Part shown: positions 9,906 to 19,931 of the stretch, in pieces | How the letters are laid out: each line of letters begins with the position of its first letter | Numbering within the stretch: the stretch's first letter is position 1 | IMG/VR virus record: IMGVR_UViG_2861069343_000001 | Source of the DNA: a virus | Taxonomy: Duplodnaviria; Heunggongvirae; Uroviricota; Caudoviricetes | Direction: 5' to 3' (one strand) | Length of the DNA: 64,000 nt | Translations under genes and position numbers: made by a program | The notes under the pieces: generated by a model | Databases searched by the model: none | What the model was told of the DNA's origin: nothing | The model's input: only the letters and a program-made list of their open reading frames with translations

Positions 9906-10763
9906 TTCGGGGAGTTTCAGCTTTGGATTGCGAGAATGGACGATTACAAAACTTTCCCGGCCTTTCTTCTCAATTGAACAGTCGAGATAGCCGATTGTTT
10001 TAAGCTGTTCTATCGCTTTCTTAATGATACGGTTTTGCTCGCCAACAGCTGACTGCAAAGCCAGGCGCTCACGGATTCGCGCGAACGATAGCGGCAACGG
10101 GTTCTGCGGAAGGCTTTCGATGAAAGTGTAAATGGCTTGTGCAGCTTCTTTCTTCGGAAGGGCACGCAAGGCGTGGTGTTGCAACAGAACGCGATAATCA
10201 AGCTGGAACAGCTCCCACAGCTTCGAATCAGCCTCCAGCTCTATCAGATCAAGGTCAGCATCAAAACGCCCGACCTTCAGCAGACCAGTCTGATAGCCGC
10301 CTTTAGCATCTTTTCCGCGCTTAAAAGCGATACCCTTGTTACGCAAGCGTCCAAGTGATTCATGAATGGTTAAACGCAGTTTCGCATCCAGACGTTTTGA
10401 GGGGAAACCACAGGCTTTAGCGAATTCCTGAAACGATAACTGGATGGTGTTTGAAGACAAGCCGTATTTGCTGAACGCGTAGATGACACCGATCCACGTT
10501 TTGAAATCAGTATCCATATCGAGTCGAGGACCGGTGATTTTAATATCATCGTAACCCTCGGCTTTAGCTATCTCCAGCTGGGAAAACGCTTTGGTGGCAT
10601 CAATCTCTTTACTTTCTCCTTTGCTCTTTGATGGCTTCGGAACGAATACCCCCAAGCGCATCAACGCTACAGGCTGCACAGTGTTGTTTGAATTAACTGT
10701 TAGTTCTTTTGCCTTACTTTCAATGTCTGCGTAAAGAATATCGGAGATAAAAGATTGATTCAT
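9903..10763 (-). CDS. repA: plasmid replication initiator RepA
   Basis: 286-aa ORF flanked on both sides by the same iteron family; size matches P1 RepA as I recall. Confidence 0.85.
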   Translation of the reverse strand: MNQSFISDILYADIESKAKELTVNSNNTVQPVALMRLGVFVPKPSKSKGESKEIDATKAFSQLEIAKAEGYDDIKITGPRLDMDTDFKTWIGVIYAFSKYGLSSNTIQLSFQEFAKACGFPSKRLDAKLRLTIHESLGRLRNKGIAFKRGKDAKGGYQTGLLKVGRFDADLDLIELEADSKLWELFQLDYRVLLQHHALRALPKKEAAQAIYTFIESLPQNPLPLSFARIRERLALQSAVGEQNRIIKKAIEQLKTIGYLDCSIEKKGRESFVIVHSRNPKLKLPE

Positions 10764-10779
10764 ATTACTTTTTCCGAAT

Positions 10780-11045
10780 TATGTGGATAGTTTTTATAAG
10801 TGGTGATAACTACCCAGGCTTTCCCGTCAGCACACATCCTATATCCCGCCAGCACACATTAGCAACCCGTCAGCACACATTTTTATCCCTCCAGCACACA
10901 TCGTTTTCCCTCCAGCACACATCGCGATACACTTCTAAGCCAGACGTGGCGCGGCCTGCAACGATCAGGGATCTATATGGATCTAATAGGGATCTGTATG
11001 GACCTAATTATTGGATCTATCCAGTGGATAATGTGGATAAGTGAA
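10780..11045. repeat. plasmid origin region: five direct iterons, GATC cluster, DnaA-box-like sequences
   Basis: Five cagcacacat-containing iterons at 10822-10924; five closely spaced GATC at 10962-11020; tgtggataa (DnaA box reverse complement) at 11032-11040 and tgtggata near 10784. Confidence 0.75.
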
Positions 11046-11081
11046 AAACCGGCCAACAAAGCCGGTTGGAAGGAAGCTGTA

Positions 11082-11474
11082 TTATTCTATGCTTTCGATG
11101 AGAAGACCATGTTCATAACATTTAAGCTCATCGCCTTCGTACAGGAATTGGTATCCAATACCACCATCTTCATGGACATTAGGGAATAACTCATAACTCA
11201 CTGAAGAGCAAATCACACCAATACAGCGATCAACGCCTTCTCGTTCTTCAGTGCTGAAAAAATCCTCTTCGGTAAGGACATGAGTACATTGCTCATCAGC
11301 ATAGGTCGGAAATACATGCTCGATGCAATCCGGGTGTTTTAAACCAAGCTGATCGGCAAGCTCGAAAGCATGACGGTATTGTTCAGAGCCTGGCTTGCCA
11401 ACAGTGATGTGCTCAATTTTGTAGATTGAAGTCGCTTTGTTGATAGTTTGCTTTACTGTTACTTTATCAGACAT
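11082..11474 (-). CDS. hypothetical protein (upfA-position)
   Basis: 130-aa ORF at the end of a minus-strand operon reading towards repA. Confidence 0.45.
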   Translation of the reverse strand: MSDKVTVKQTINKATSIYKIEHITVGKPGSEQYRHAFELADQLGLKHPDCIEHVFPTYADEQCTHVLTEEDFFSTEEREGVDRCIGVICSSVSYELFPNVHEDGGIGYQFLYEGDELKCYEHGLLIESIE

Positions 11475-11485
11475 AAAAATCCCTT

Positions 11486-11818
11486 TTAGTTACCTCTGAT
11501 AGCGCGGTTGTAATCATTAACGTTGCGATTCTTCCTGTTAATCCCCATCAGCATCGTTTCTGTATCGAGGATATACGCTGGCAGATCATCAAAATATTCA
11601 CTGCTAAACTCTGGCATCCTGCACATAAATGCACTTTTGGGGGCAGGGTGGTTAACCTTTGTCGGCGTCGGCGTTAAATTCGCTGATCGACTCCCGGAGC
11701 AACCGCTGAGTATCAGCAGGAATGCGCTGGCGAACATTACCCGCCGCAACCAGTTGTTTCTGAACTTCAGCTTTTCGTTCCATTTGCCTGTCAGCATATT
11801 TGGCTTGTTCTGATTCAT
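11486..11818 (-). CDS. putative lipoprotein
   Basis: N-terminal signal-like hydrophobic stretch followed by LSGCSGS lipobox-like motif; overlaps the next ORF in another frame, so boundaries are uncertain. Confidence 0.45.
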   Translation of the reverse strand: MNQNKPNMLTGKWNEKLKFRNNWLRRVMFASAFLLILSGCSGSRSANLTPTPTKVNHPAPKSAFMCRMPEFSSEYFDDLPAYILDTETMLMGINRKNRNVNDYNRAIRGN

Positions 11819-12101
11819 TTTTCACTTCCTGGCTGTGAAAATGTTGCTCTGCTTTGTTCATCGTCTCAATGGTCTGGTTAAGATCCATTATTGACTTATC
11901 ACGTTCCTTAATAGCCTGATCAAGACTGCCAATTTTCTCCATGGCTTGCTTTAGCTGATGACGTTCCCATGCAAACCCAGCACCAACAAGTGCGCAAATC
12001 AGAACAAGAACACCAGTAGCAGCAAGTTTCTCCTTCAAAGACAAAGCTGTTTTTAACGTAGAAAAGAATGACATGTCTTCCTCCTGAAGAAAAATTATCA
12101 A
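11652..12101 (-). CDS. membrane-anchored coiled-coil protein
   Basis: N-terminal hydrophobic helix then charged coiled-coil-like sequence; overlaps the lipoprotein ORF by about 167 bp in a different frame. Confidence 0.35.
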   Translation of the reverse strand: MIIFLQEEDMSFFSTLKTALSLKEKLAATGVLVLICALVGAGFAWERHQLKQAMEKIGSLDQAIKERDKSIMDLNQTIETMNKAEQHFHSQEVKNESEQAKYADRQMERKAEVQKQLVAAGNVRQRIPADTQRLLRESISEFNADADKG

Positions 12102-12113
12102 TGAAGTCCTTTG

Positions 12114-12959
12114 TTACTGTGCCGCTTTGTTTAATTCATCAAGAACAGAATCAGGAACCAAAGCAGCAACTGCGCTGGCTGTGCTGACCTTATTTGCTGA
12201 TGCTTCCGCAAGCGCGGTACCGATAGCATGGTTATAAGCAGTTATGGCTACGTTGGCGCTTTCATTCGCTCGTTCATACTGCTGTAGTAACGCAGTTGTG
12301 GGCGCTGTTGTCTGGTTGAAAACAACCCCAAACTGTTCAGTTGCTACTTTCAGAGATTCAATTTGCTCTTCTGTTAGTGCTGGTGGGGGAGTGGCAGTGC
12401 CGCCGCCTGAACCAGAGCCTGACGAGCTTCCTGAGCCAGTGTTAAGGGTCTGGTTAATCTCCCCCATAGCAGCGACTAAACTTGATGTATTAAGCGCGTT
12501 AACAGCGTCCTCAAGCGATTTAGTAATATTCACATCACCAATGGCAATAGAGATCGGCAGTTCTGAAACTTCTCGCTCATTAGCACGGCAGTAAACATCC
12601 CAACCAATATCGAGTTGAAGCAGCATTGACAGATCTGCATAACCAGCCAACAGGTCCGCGTGCTTAGTTGTCAGTTCTCCAATGTTCGTTAAGCCGGTTG
12701 TGGTTGTTCTGATCGTTGAAACATAGCTGGTAATAGTGTCGGGATAGACAATTGTATCCAGAATTAATCCGGTCAATTCTTCTGCAAGCAGTTTTGCTGT
12801 GTTAGCACTGTTTCGTGCCGATGTTATGGCACCAGGTGTTTTCATCCCACCGGCGGCGGCCAATTTTTTATATGCGGATAACTGGTAGTCTTTTTCCAGC
12901 ATGATATCTCCTAACTTACCTGAACCAAGCCGTCTCCGGACGCTACGGTAGATCCGCAT
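12114..12959 (-). CDS. hypothetical protein with Gly/Ser-rich linker
   Basis: 281 aa; internal SGSGSSSGSGSGGG linker; no catalytic motif recognised. Confidence 0.45.
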   Translation of the reverse strand: MRIYRSVRRRLGSGKLGDIMLEKDYQLSAYKKLAAAGGMKTPGAITSARNSANTAKLLAEELTGLILDTIVYPDTITSYVSTIRTTTTGLTNIGELTTKHADLLAGYADLSMLLQLDIGWDVYCRANEREVSELPISIAIGDVNITKSLEDAVNALNTSSLVAAMGEINQTLNTGSGSSSGSGSGGGTATPPPALTEEQIESLKVATEQFGVVFNQTTAPTTALLQQYERANESANVAITAYNHAIGTALAEASANKVSTASAVAALVPDSVLDELNKAAQ

Positions 12960-13195
12960 GAAACAGGGTCACCAACGCATACGATCCCTTTACCATTGAC
13001 GGTAAACCATGCCCTGGTTGATATAGCTTGCCCACCGTGCGTACTGTTTCCATCGGTATGCTGTGCATATTGCTTACCATCAACTAACACTTCGACTCCG
13101 TTGACTTTAAGTAGTGGTTCACTCTCTACAGGAGGCCTGGATGGGAATCCTCCGTGCCCCGAACAAATGCTGTCTTTTGTTGCAATACTTGCCAC
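12911..13195 (-). CDS. PAAR-like domain protein
   Basis: 94 aa; CSGHGG ... VNGKGIVCVGDPVSCGS pattern resembles PAAR spike-tip domains; first gene after the divergent operator. Confidence 0.45.
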   Translation of the reverse strand: MASIATKDSICSGHGGFPSRPPVESEPLLKVNGVEVLVDGKQYAQHTDGNSTHGGQAISTRAWFTVNGKGIVCVGDPVSCGSTVASGDGLVQVS

Positions 13196-13275
13196 GTCAT
13201 TACCAATTATTTGCTCTGGTTTTCGTTATTTTAACTTAGGTTACTTGTGGTCTACATGGTGTTAACCATTGCATT

Positions 13276-13292
13276 ATTGCTCTAATAAATAT
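13276..13292. promoter_or_regulatory. C1-operator-like site between divergent operons
   Basis: attgctctaataaatat matches the 17-bp ATTGCTCTAATAAATTT motif I recall as the P1 C1 operator consensus. Confidence 0.55.
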
Positions 13293-13640
13293 TGTTTTTT
13301 ATGTCGTGTTTTCGGTACCATTCAGCCATCGCCCTTCAATGGGTATTTGTTTGGAGTCGTCAGATGCAGATGGAGCTAATAAGCCGCAAAGAGTTCGATA
13401 GCCGTGTAACCAGCGGTGAACTCGACAACTTGCAGGCTATCAAGGTGAAAGAAGGCTTTTGCCTCATTGGGAATCAGAGCGGAACAAATCGCGTTTTTAT
13501 GCTTCGCCGTACGGATTTGAAGCCATTTGTCTGGAAGAACGAAATTGGTCCCAGCTCATACGCTCAAACTAGGGGGTGCCTCAACCTGGCCTTTTTCTAC
13601 AAAAACGAGCTTTCTGTGGTTGATATTCAAGGGTTACAAC

Positions 13641-14546
13641 ATGTTTAAGCACTGGAAAAACATTACTATTTATAAACTTTCTCGTGAGGCGGATCTGACC
13701 GACTTAGAAGATAAAAAGAAAATGATCCTTTTCACGCCATGCGGTAGTCAGGATATGGCCAAGTTCGGTTTTGTATCTCCATTTGGTGATAATTCCGAAG
13801 TTATCGCTATGCATGGAAATGGTTTTATCCTTGTTGAAGCAAAGCGCGAAACAAAAATTCTTCCCCCGCCGGTTATCCAGCGAGCTATTCAAGAAAAAAT
13901 TGAAAAACTCGAGCAAGAACAAGCGCGTAAACTGAAGAAAACAGAGAAGGACTCCCTGAAAGACGAAGTTCTGCATTCTCTTCTGCCACGGGCTTTTTCA
14001 AAGTTTTCTGTTATCCAGGCGATCTACGACGGTTCAACTAAACGTATCTATATCAATGCCAGCGCGCGGCAGGCAGAGGATATGCTCGCGCTTATGCGTA
14101 AATCTCTGGGTTCTCTTCCTGTTGTTCCCCTAAGTGTTGAAAATCCCATTGAATTAACGCTGACCGACTGGGTACGTGATGGTAGTGCTCCACAGGGATT
14201 TCAAATGGGGGATGCGGCAGAACTTAAGGCAGTGCTTGAGGATGGCGGTATTGCCCGAGTGAAAAAGCAGGACTTGGGAAGTGATGAAATATCCACACAC
14301 CTGGAAGCTGGCAAGCTCGTCACTAAGTTGGCACTCGACTGGCAGAACCGCATTAAATTTACACTGGACCATAACTTCAGCCTTACCAGCGTCAAATTTG
14401 CGGATGAATTGCTTGAGCAGAACTCTGATATTGATAGTGAAGATGTTGCGCAGCGACTGGACGCAGATTTCTTCCTGTTGACCAGTGAAATTTCGTGCCT
14501 GGTTGATGCTCTGGTAAATGCCCTTGGTGGAGAGGCTAAGCAGTGA
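13641..14546 (+). CDS. hrdC: RdgC-like recombination-associated protein
   Basis: Translation from [16 protein letters not shown] is near-colinear with E. coli RdgC ([54 protein letters not shown]); the ATG at 13641 is preferred over the longer track ORF. Confidence 0.85.
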   Translation: MFKHWKNITIYKLSREADLTDLEDKKKMILFTPCGSQDMAKFGFVSPFGDNSEVIAMHGNGFILVEAKRETKILPPPVIQRAIQEKIEKLEQEQARKLKKTEKDSLKDEVLHSLLPRAFSKFSVIQAIYDGSTKRIYINASARQAEDMLALMRKSLGSLPVVPLSVENPIELTLTDWVRDGSAPQGFQMGDAAELKAVLEDGGIARVKKQDLGSDEISTHLEAGKLVTKLALDWQNRIKFTLDHNFSLTSVKFADELLEQNSDIDSEDVAQRLDADFFLLTSEISCLVDALVNALGGEAKQ

Positions 14547-17500
14547 AAGAGCTGTGCTATGGATCTGTTTGCAGTGGAATTGAAGCCGCGAGTATTGCCT
14601 GGGAACCGTTGGGTATGCGTCCGGTGTGGTTTGCTGAAATCGAGTCTTTTCCATCGGCCGTTCTTGCGCTCCGCTGGCCCCATGTCGCCAACCTTGGCGA
14701 CATGACAAAACTTGCCAAAAAAGTCTTGGCTGGGGAAATCGAATCCCCTGACGTGCTCGTCGGGGGAACACCATGTTTTACCGCGGGGCATATGGTTCTT
14801 TGTAAAAATGGCTATAAACCAATAGAAGATGTTTGCCCTGGCGATTACGTAGTCAGTCATCTCGGGCGGTTACAACAAGTAAAAAGAGTTGGTTCAAAAA
14901 TAGCTAATACGGGGTTACTTAATGCCGTTGGGCAGCCTTTAGATATAAGAACAACCAATGACCATCCCTTCCTGGCTGTTCGGTGGAAAGCCCAAAACAC
15001 CCGGAAAAATGGCACATATTTTAAGAGAGAGTTGTTGTCTGAACCGGAATGGCGAGCAGCATGTGATATGCCGGGGTATCAATGGTGCGCTCTAACTAAT
15101 TTCAATATTGCATCTCCAGATATTTGTTCTCGGTTCTTGTCTGAAGAACAGGCTATGTATCTTGCGGGCGCTTATGTTGGCGATGGATATATTAGGAGAT
15201 GGAGAGGTAAATCTAAGAAGGCGGTTGTTTTTGGCATAAATTGCCAGAAATTGAGAAAGTTTCATTGCCGCATACCAGAAAACATATTTTCCGTGGCAAG
15301 CGAAATCCGAGGGAGCATCAAAGTAACCTTGAATGATACGTGTTATGCCAATTGGCTTAATGAACATTTTGGCGAGTTAAGCCATGCTAAGCGTATCCCT
15401 GCATGGGTGATGTCGCATCCATTGCGTCATGTGTTTTTACAAGGCTATCTTGATACTGATGGGACACCAAGTGGTAAAGCGGGATTTAGAATTAATAGTG
15501 TTAGTCCTGCGCTTGCTTGGGGCGTTGCGGGGTTGTCACAGACTTGTGGTTATGTTTCTTCGGTCAGCTTTATTGAAGTTGAGCCCAAAAAAGTGATCGA
15601 GGATCGCGTGGTAAATCAACGGAATTATTATCAGGTAACAATCTGCCCGCAGAAATTGTCACGTAAATCAAGATTGGCTCATGGAATGCTTTTACGAACA
15701 GTCAAAGAGTTTAAATCGGTAGGCCTAGATACTGTATACAACATAGAAGTCGAAGGTGATCATTCCTATATCCTCAATGGTGCGGTGGTCCATAACTGTC
15801 AGGCATTCAGTATCGCGGGATTACGTGGTGGGCTTGATGATGAGCGTGGCGCGCTAACTTTAAAGTATGTGGAGCTTGCAAATGCAATTGACGACAAACG
15901 GGCTGAGTCATTTCTCAAACCAGCCGTTATCGTCTGGGAAAATGTCCCAGGAGTCTTGTCATCGGCAGATAACGCCTTCGGATGTTTCCTTGCCGGATTG
16001 GCTGGAGAAGATGCGCCATTTGAACCAGGTGATCGACCTGAATCAGGAAAAAGTAACGCGTTCTGGCGGTGGGATGGCAAAACCGGTTGCCATGCTCCAA
16101 AGTGGCCACAGTGTGGTTGTATTTATGGACCGCAGCGAAAGGTGGCCTGGAGAATCCTTGATGCCCAATACTTCGGAGTGGCACAACGACGCCGACGCGT
16201 GTTTGTTGTCGCAAGTGCTCGAACAGACCTCGATCCCGCAACGGTACTTTTTGAGTTCGAAGGCGTGCGCCGGAATATTGCGCCGAGCAGAGGCGAGGGG
16301 AAGGAAACTACCAGATATACTTCAAACATCGCTATCAGATCTTGCGATGATACAAACATAGTTGCCATGGCACATGGGCAAGGAGGGGCTGAGATAAAAA
16401 CCGATAATTCGGCACCAACTTTAACATGTAACCATGAAGCACCAATTGTATTTCTCGGCGACGGTAGAATACGCCGTCTTACCCCTGTCGAATGTGAGAG
16501 ACTTCAAGGTTTTCCTGATGGGCATACGTTGATCCCTACGGAAAAGCGTAAAAAAGTTAATTCAGATGAACTGGCATATCTGCACAATCACTATCCAGAT
16601 TTAAGCGAAGAAGAGGCCGCAATGCTTGCAGCTGACGGACCGCGTTACAAAGCGATCGGCAATAGTATGGCGATACCAGTAATGCGCTGGATTGGCGAGC
16701 GGATAACCAAGGCTGCATGTCGGCAGAATGAAGGGCGTGAAACAAAAGAGCGAAAAGTTAAACCAGCGGCAGAATTCGAACGGTCCATATTCAAATGGGC
16801 TGGTGGAAAATTTGGTGTTCTGGAACAAATCTTTCGCTATTTGCCAGAAGGGAAGCGCCTGATTGAACCTTTCGTCGGTGGTGGAGCTGTCTTCATGAAT
16901 GCCGGATACCAGGAAAATCTGCTAAATGATGTGAATGCTGACCTGATTAACTTTTACAAGACTCTGCAACGCGAGGCGCATTCACTTATCACTCTGGCAC
17001 ATCGTTTCTTCTTGGACTACAACACCCAGGAGGGATTCCTGGCAGTACGGAATGCGTTTAACAAACAAGTCTATGATGATTTACATCGCGCAGCGGCGTT
17101 TTTGTTCCTGAACCGACATTGTTTTAATGGATTGACGCGCTACAACCAGGCCGGTGAGTTCAATGTCGGTTATGGGAAGTATAAAACTCCGTATTTCCCA
17201 TTACAGGAAATGGAAGCCTTCCTCGGTGCGGAAGGGCGGTCTGAGTTTGTATGCGGTGATTTTGCAGCGGTGATTGAAGGTGCCGGAGAAGGAGATGTCA
17301 TCTTTTGCGATCCGCCGTATGAACCGCTCCCCAATACAGAGGGGTTCACGAACTATTCCGGTCATGACTTTAAGTTTGAAGAGCAAAAACGCCTGGTGTC
17401 TCTGTTGACGGATGCCCATCGCCGAGGTGCAAAGGTTCTCATTACTAACAGTGGCGCGCCAAACATCAGAGAGCTTTATCAGGACAGTGGCTTCAGAGTG

Positions 17501-17584
17501 GAACCTCTTTTTGCCAGACGTTCTGTGTCTTGTAAGGGGGACACTCGTGGTGTTGCTCATGACGTTATAGCTATATTGCTCTAA
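14543..17584 (+). CDS. dmt: bifunctional DNA methyltransferase (N-terminal C5-cytosine, C-terminal Dam-like N6-adenine), intein-containing
   Basis: C5-MTase motifs: GGTP|...|CQAFSIAG (PCQ split by the intein) and VIVWENVPG (ENV); C-terminal half aligns by eye to E. coli Dam ([29 protein letters not shown]). Confidence 0.85.
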   Translation: MKELCYGSVCSGIEAASIAWEPLGMRPVWFAEIESFPSAVLALRWPHVANLGDMTKLAKKVLAGEIESPDVLVGGTPCFTAGHMVLCKNGYKPIEDVCPGDYVVSHLGRLQQVKRVGSKIANTGLLNAVGQPLDIRTTNDHPFLAVRWKAQNTRKNGTYFKRELLSEPEWRAACDMPGYQWCALTNFNIASPDICSRFLSEEQAMYLAGAYVGDGYIRRWRGKSKKAVVFGINCQKLRKFHCRIPENIFSVASEIRGSIKVTLNDTCYANWLNEHFGELSHAKRIPAWVMSHPLRHVFLQGYLDTDGTPSGKAGFRINSVSPALAWGVAGLSQTCGYVSSVSFIEVEPKKVIEDRVVNQRNYYQVTICPQKLSRKSRLAHGMLLRTVKEFKSVGLDTVYNIEVEGDHSYILNGAVVHNCQAFSIAGLRGGLDDERGALTLKYVELANAIDDKRAESFLKPAVIVWENVPGVLSSADNAFGCFLAGLAGEDAPFEPGDRPESGKSNAFWRWDGKTGCHAPKWPQCGCIYGPQRKVAWRILDAQYFGVAQRRRRVFVVASARTDLDPATVLFEFEGVRRNIAPSRGEGKETTRYTSNIAIRSCDDTNIVAMAHGQGGAEIKTDNSAPTLTCNHEAPIVFLGDGRIRRLTPVECERLQGFPDGHTLIPTEKRKKVNSDELAYLHNHYPDLSEEEAAMLAADGPRYKAIGNSMAIPVMRWIGERITKAACRQNEGRETKERKVKPAAEFERSIFKWAGGKFGVLEQIFRYLPEGKRLIEPFVGGGAVFMNAGYQENLLNDVNADLINFYKTLQREAHSLITLAHRFFLDYNTQEGFLAVRNAFNKQVYDDLHRAAAFLFLNRHCFNGLTRYNQAGEFNVGYGKYKTPYFPLQEMEAFLGAEGRSEFVCGDFAAVIEGAGEGDVIFCDPPYEPLPNTEGFTNYSGHDFKFEEQKRLVSLLTDAHRRGAKVLITNSGAPNIRELYQDSGFRVEPLFARRSVSCKGDTRGVAHDVIAILL
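14774..15796 (+). other. intein with LAGLIDADG homing-endonuclease domain inside dmt
   Basis: Starts with Cys (CFTAGHMVL), has T-x-x-H block (TTNDHPF), two LAGLIDADG-type motifs ([22 protein letters not shown]), ends ...NGAVVHN followed by Cys; excising it restores [12 protein letters not shown]. Confidence 0.75.
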
Positions 17585-17591
17585 TAAATTT
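17575..17591. promoter_or_regulatory. C1-operator-like site overlapping the dmt stop
   Basis: attgctctaataaattt is an exact match to the recalled C1 operator consensus. Confidence 0.6.
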
Positions 17592-17766
17592 ATTAGTGTA
17601 ATATCGCCTCAATGAATCGTGATTTATAGAGCGATTTAGCTGTTAGCCGCGACAGGCGCGGCGGTAAGCATGGCTGGGCCTAGTCCTCCCAGACAAACCA
17701 CCGAGTTGCCAGGTTGACCATGCGCCTAAGTGGCAACACCGAAGTGCATTACGAGCTTCCAGTTTG

Positions 17767-17791
17767 CCCATCTTCGGGTGGGTGTTTTTTT
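17767..17791 (+). terminator. intrinsic terminator
   Basis: cccatc-ttcg-ggtggg hairpin (tetraloop) followed by an 8-T run. Confidence 0.6.
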
Positions 17792-18256
17792 CAGGGTTTT
17801 CGTCATGGTTAGCGACTTTGCGGCGGTTTAGAAACTGACCATTAAAGTAAATGCAAACGATGATCTGATGATGGTAGCGGCCTAAGAAGCCTGACGCCAC
17901 GGGGTATGAGTCGTCCCCCGTCAAAAAATCGACCGCAGAGTGTCCCCGTCTGTGTATTAGGGAACGGGGAGGCATAACAGGCAAGGGCGCTGGTGTGATT
18001 AACCAGATGAACGAGAAGGGGCCATCTGTTGGTCAGCGTCCTTTCCTGTTGCGTCTTCTTTTCAGCGTAACAGCGGTGCTTAACAGCACTTTGGGTACAG
18101 TTCCACGAATTTACGGGTATATCCCGTCATGCTGAAAGCGCTAATCACGCTGGAAGCCAGGGTTATGCATCCCCTGTTACCGAATTGCAGCCAGGGCGCG
18201 GTGCGCCGAAAAGCATACGGAGGTGGAAGCCCTCGCCGGAGACGTACCCGGCAAGT

Positions 18257-18332
18257 GATGGTGTAGCTCAGCGGTTAGAGCGGTTGACTGTTAATCAACG
18301 GGTCGATGGTTCAAATCCATCCACCATCGCCA
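18257..18332 (+). tRNA. trnA: tRNA-Asn (anticodon GTT)
   Basis: Manual cloverleaf: 7-bp acceptor gatggtg/caccatc, D arm gctc/gagc, anticodon loop ctGTTaa, T arm gatggTTCAAATccatc, encoded CCA. Confidence 0.85.
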
Positions 18333-18334
18333 AT

Positions 18335-18410
18335 GCCGGTTTAGCTCAGTTGGTAGAGCGCCTGCCTTGTAAGCAGGATGTCAGCGGTTCGAGTCCGTTA
18401 ACCGGCACCA
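18335..18410 (+). tRNA. trnT: tRNA-Thr (anticodon TGT)
   Basis: Manual cloverleaf: acceptor gccggtt/aaccggc, anticodon loop ctTGTaa, T loop TTCGAGT, encoded CCA. Confidence 0.85.
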
Positions 18411-19146
18411 ACACAACAGGTAAGGGTATTTTGCGACGTCGGAGATCGCCGTGCTTGGCAGAGGGTTCGAATCCCTACGAAGTACCCTTACCGTTGTGAT
18501 GAAGTGCAGCTCTTTGAAGCAACCAGAAGATAAGCATCTGGCTTCACAACATAAACCGCAGGAACGACCAATAAACGGTAGTCCGGATGGAGAACACCCC
18601 GTTGAGGAAGAGGCCTGGCCGGAACCGTAACCGGCACTACAACGTTGAGAACACTGGCGTAACGGGGTCATATCCCAATCTACGAATAAATGTTGCGTTG
18701 CAGCGTGACAACCAGTGTTCTCAACATTGTGGTGAATGCACAGGCTGATGTGCCGCAACTACAGTAGTGCGCGCTTTGCGGGGCTTGCTACAACCCTGTG
18801 TCGGAGTTCAGCACCGACCATCACAGTTTGATTCTCTGGCATGAGCATAACGCTGAAATAAGTCCAGTCTGGTGCGGCCCGATCACCCGCCGTTAGCTCC
18901 ACGAAACGGAGCACGTAACAGGTAAGAGCATTCTCCTGTAACGGGTTCATATCCCAATCTACAGGTCCACCAAGAATGCTCTTTCCGTTGCGGTGAATGC
19001 GGCTAAGCGCACGCGGGGAAATGGTTATATCAGTCCATTCATTTCTCCTTGTTTCCCCGTCCACGGTGGATAACCAGCCAAAGGACACCGGGAGGCACCC
19101 GACACCGCAATCTAATAAATATGTCACTTTTATTGAGGGGTAACCA

Positions 19147-19581
19147 ATGTTCGGTAAATTGTTCGGCAAGAAAGTTGCTTCTGCAAAAGTAGAGCTGAAA
19201 AAAGTTGAGAATCGCGATCTGATGGAGGCCATTATCGGTGGCTGTTTGTTGGTGTCTGCCGCTGATGGTGAAATCGAAAAAGAAGAAACAGCGAAACTTG
19301 ATCAGCTTGTCCGCTCTAATCCGCGTCTTAGTCATTTTGGTAACGAAATTACTGCAACAATTACCCGCTTTACCGAGCAACTGGAAGCTGGCTTCCGTGT
19401 TGGTCGCATGAATATCCTTCGCGAAATTGAAGATATCAAAAACGATCCAAAAGAAGCGGAAGAAGTATTCGTTAACATGCTGACAATTGCAGAAGCGGAC
19501 GGTGAAATCGAGCCAGCAGAACACAAAGTACTGGAAGAAGTAGGCCGTCGTTTAGGTCTTCGTGTGGAAGATTATCTGTAA
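19147..19581 (+). CDS. tciA: TerB-like tellurite-resistance domain protein
   Basis: 144 aa; sequence reads as a TerB-domain protein (SAADGEIEKEE ... AEADGEIEPAE repeats); followed by two tiny membrane ORFs. Confidence 0.7.
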   Translation: MFGKLFGKKVASAKVELKKVENRDLMEAIIGGCLLVSAADGEIEKEETAKLDQLVRSNPRLSHFGNEITATITRFTEQLEAGFRVGRMNILREIEDIKNDPKEAEEVFVNMLTIAEADGEIEPAEHKVLEEVGRRLGLRVEDYL

Positions 19582-19745
19582 TGGCAAGCAAGGCACGTAT
19601 CGCAATCGCCATTGGTTTTCTCTTGCTGTCCGTGCTGGTGGATTTCACCAGCACAATCCTGTCAGTTTTATCGGACGGGGCGTTGGTGGCAGTAGCTGTA
19701 ACATTGGTATGGCCGATATTAAAAACAGCTTCTAAGGATCAGTGA
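19581..19745 (+). CDS. tciB: small hydrophobic protein (54 aa)
   Basis: ATG overlaps the tciA stop; hydrophobic membrane-like peptide; below the ORF-track size cutoff, called by hand. Confidence 0.35.
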   Translation: MASKARIAIAIGFLLLSVLVDFTSTILSVLSDGALVAVAVTLVWPILKTASKDQ

Positions 19746-19852
19746 TGGGCTTCTGGGATTTTGCTGACAAGCATCCAATTGTTCTCGTTGTCATTGCTGG
19801 CATAGTTGTAGGCGGTATTGCTGGCGTCATAGAAGCACTCAGGAAACAGTAA
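19745..19852 (+). CDS. tciC: small hydrophobic protein (35 aa)
   Basis: ATG overlaps the previous stop; single hydrophobic helix; hand-called. Confidence 0.3.
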   Translation: MGFWDFADKHPIVLVVIAGIVVGGIAGVIEALRKQ

Positions 19853-19855
19853 TCC

Positions 19856-19931
19856 GGCCCTTTAGCTCAGTGGTTAGAGCTGGCGACTCATAATCGCACG
19901 GTCACCGGTTCAAGTCCGGTAGGGGCCACCA
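19856..19931 (+). tRNA. trnI: tRNA with CAT anticodon (Ile-lysidine type or Met)
   Basis: Manual cloverleaf: acceptor ggccctt/aggggcc (one G-U), anticodon loop ctCATaa, T loop TTCAAGT, encoded CCA. Confidence 0.8.

Noticed and set aside
12244-12594. 116-aa plus-strand ORF
   Set aside because: Antisense to the 281-aa minus-strand gene; generated by the Gly/Ser-rich repeat region
17643-17984. 113-aa minus-strand ORF downstream of dmt
   Set aside because: Overlaps a plus-strand terminator and hairpin-rich leader; GC-skewed with no start context; likely spurious
18381-19232. Two minus-strand ORFs (125 and 157 aa) spanning the tRNA-distal region
   Set aside because: They overlap the tRNA-like minihelix and their peptide repeats simply mirror DNA-level inverted and direct repeats; no signal peptide or start context. 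I favour non-coding structured elements, though P1-type plp/upl-like genes cannot be fully excluded
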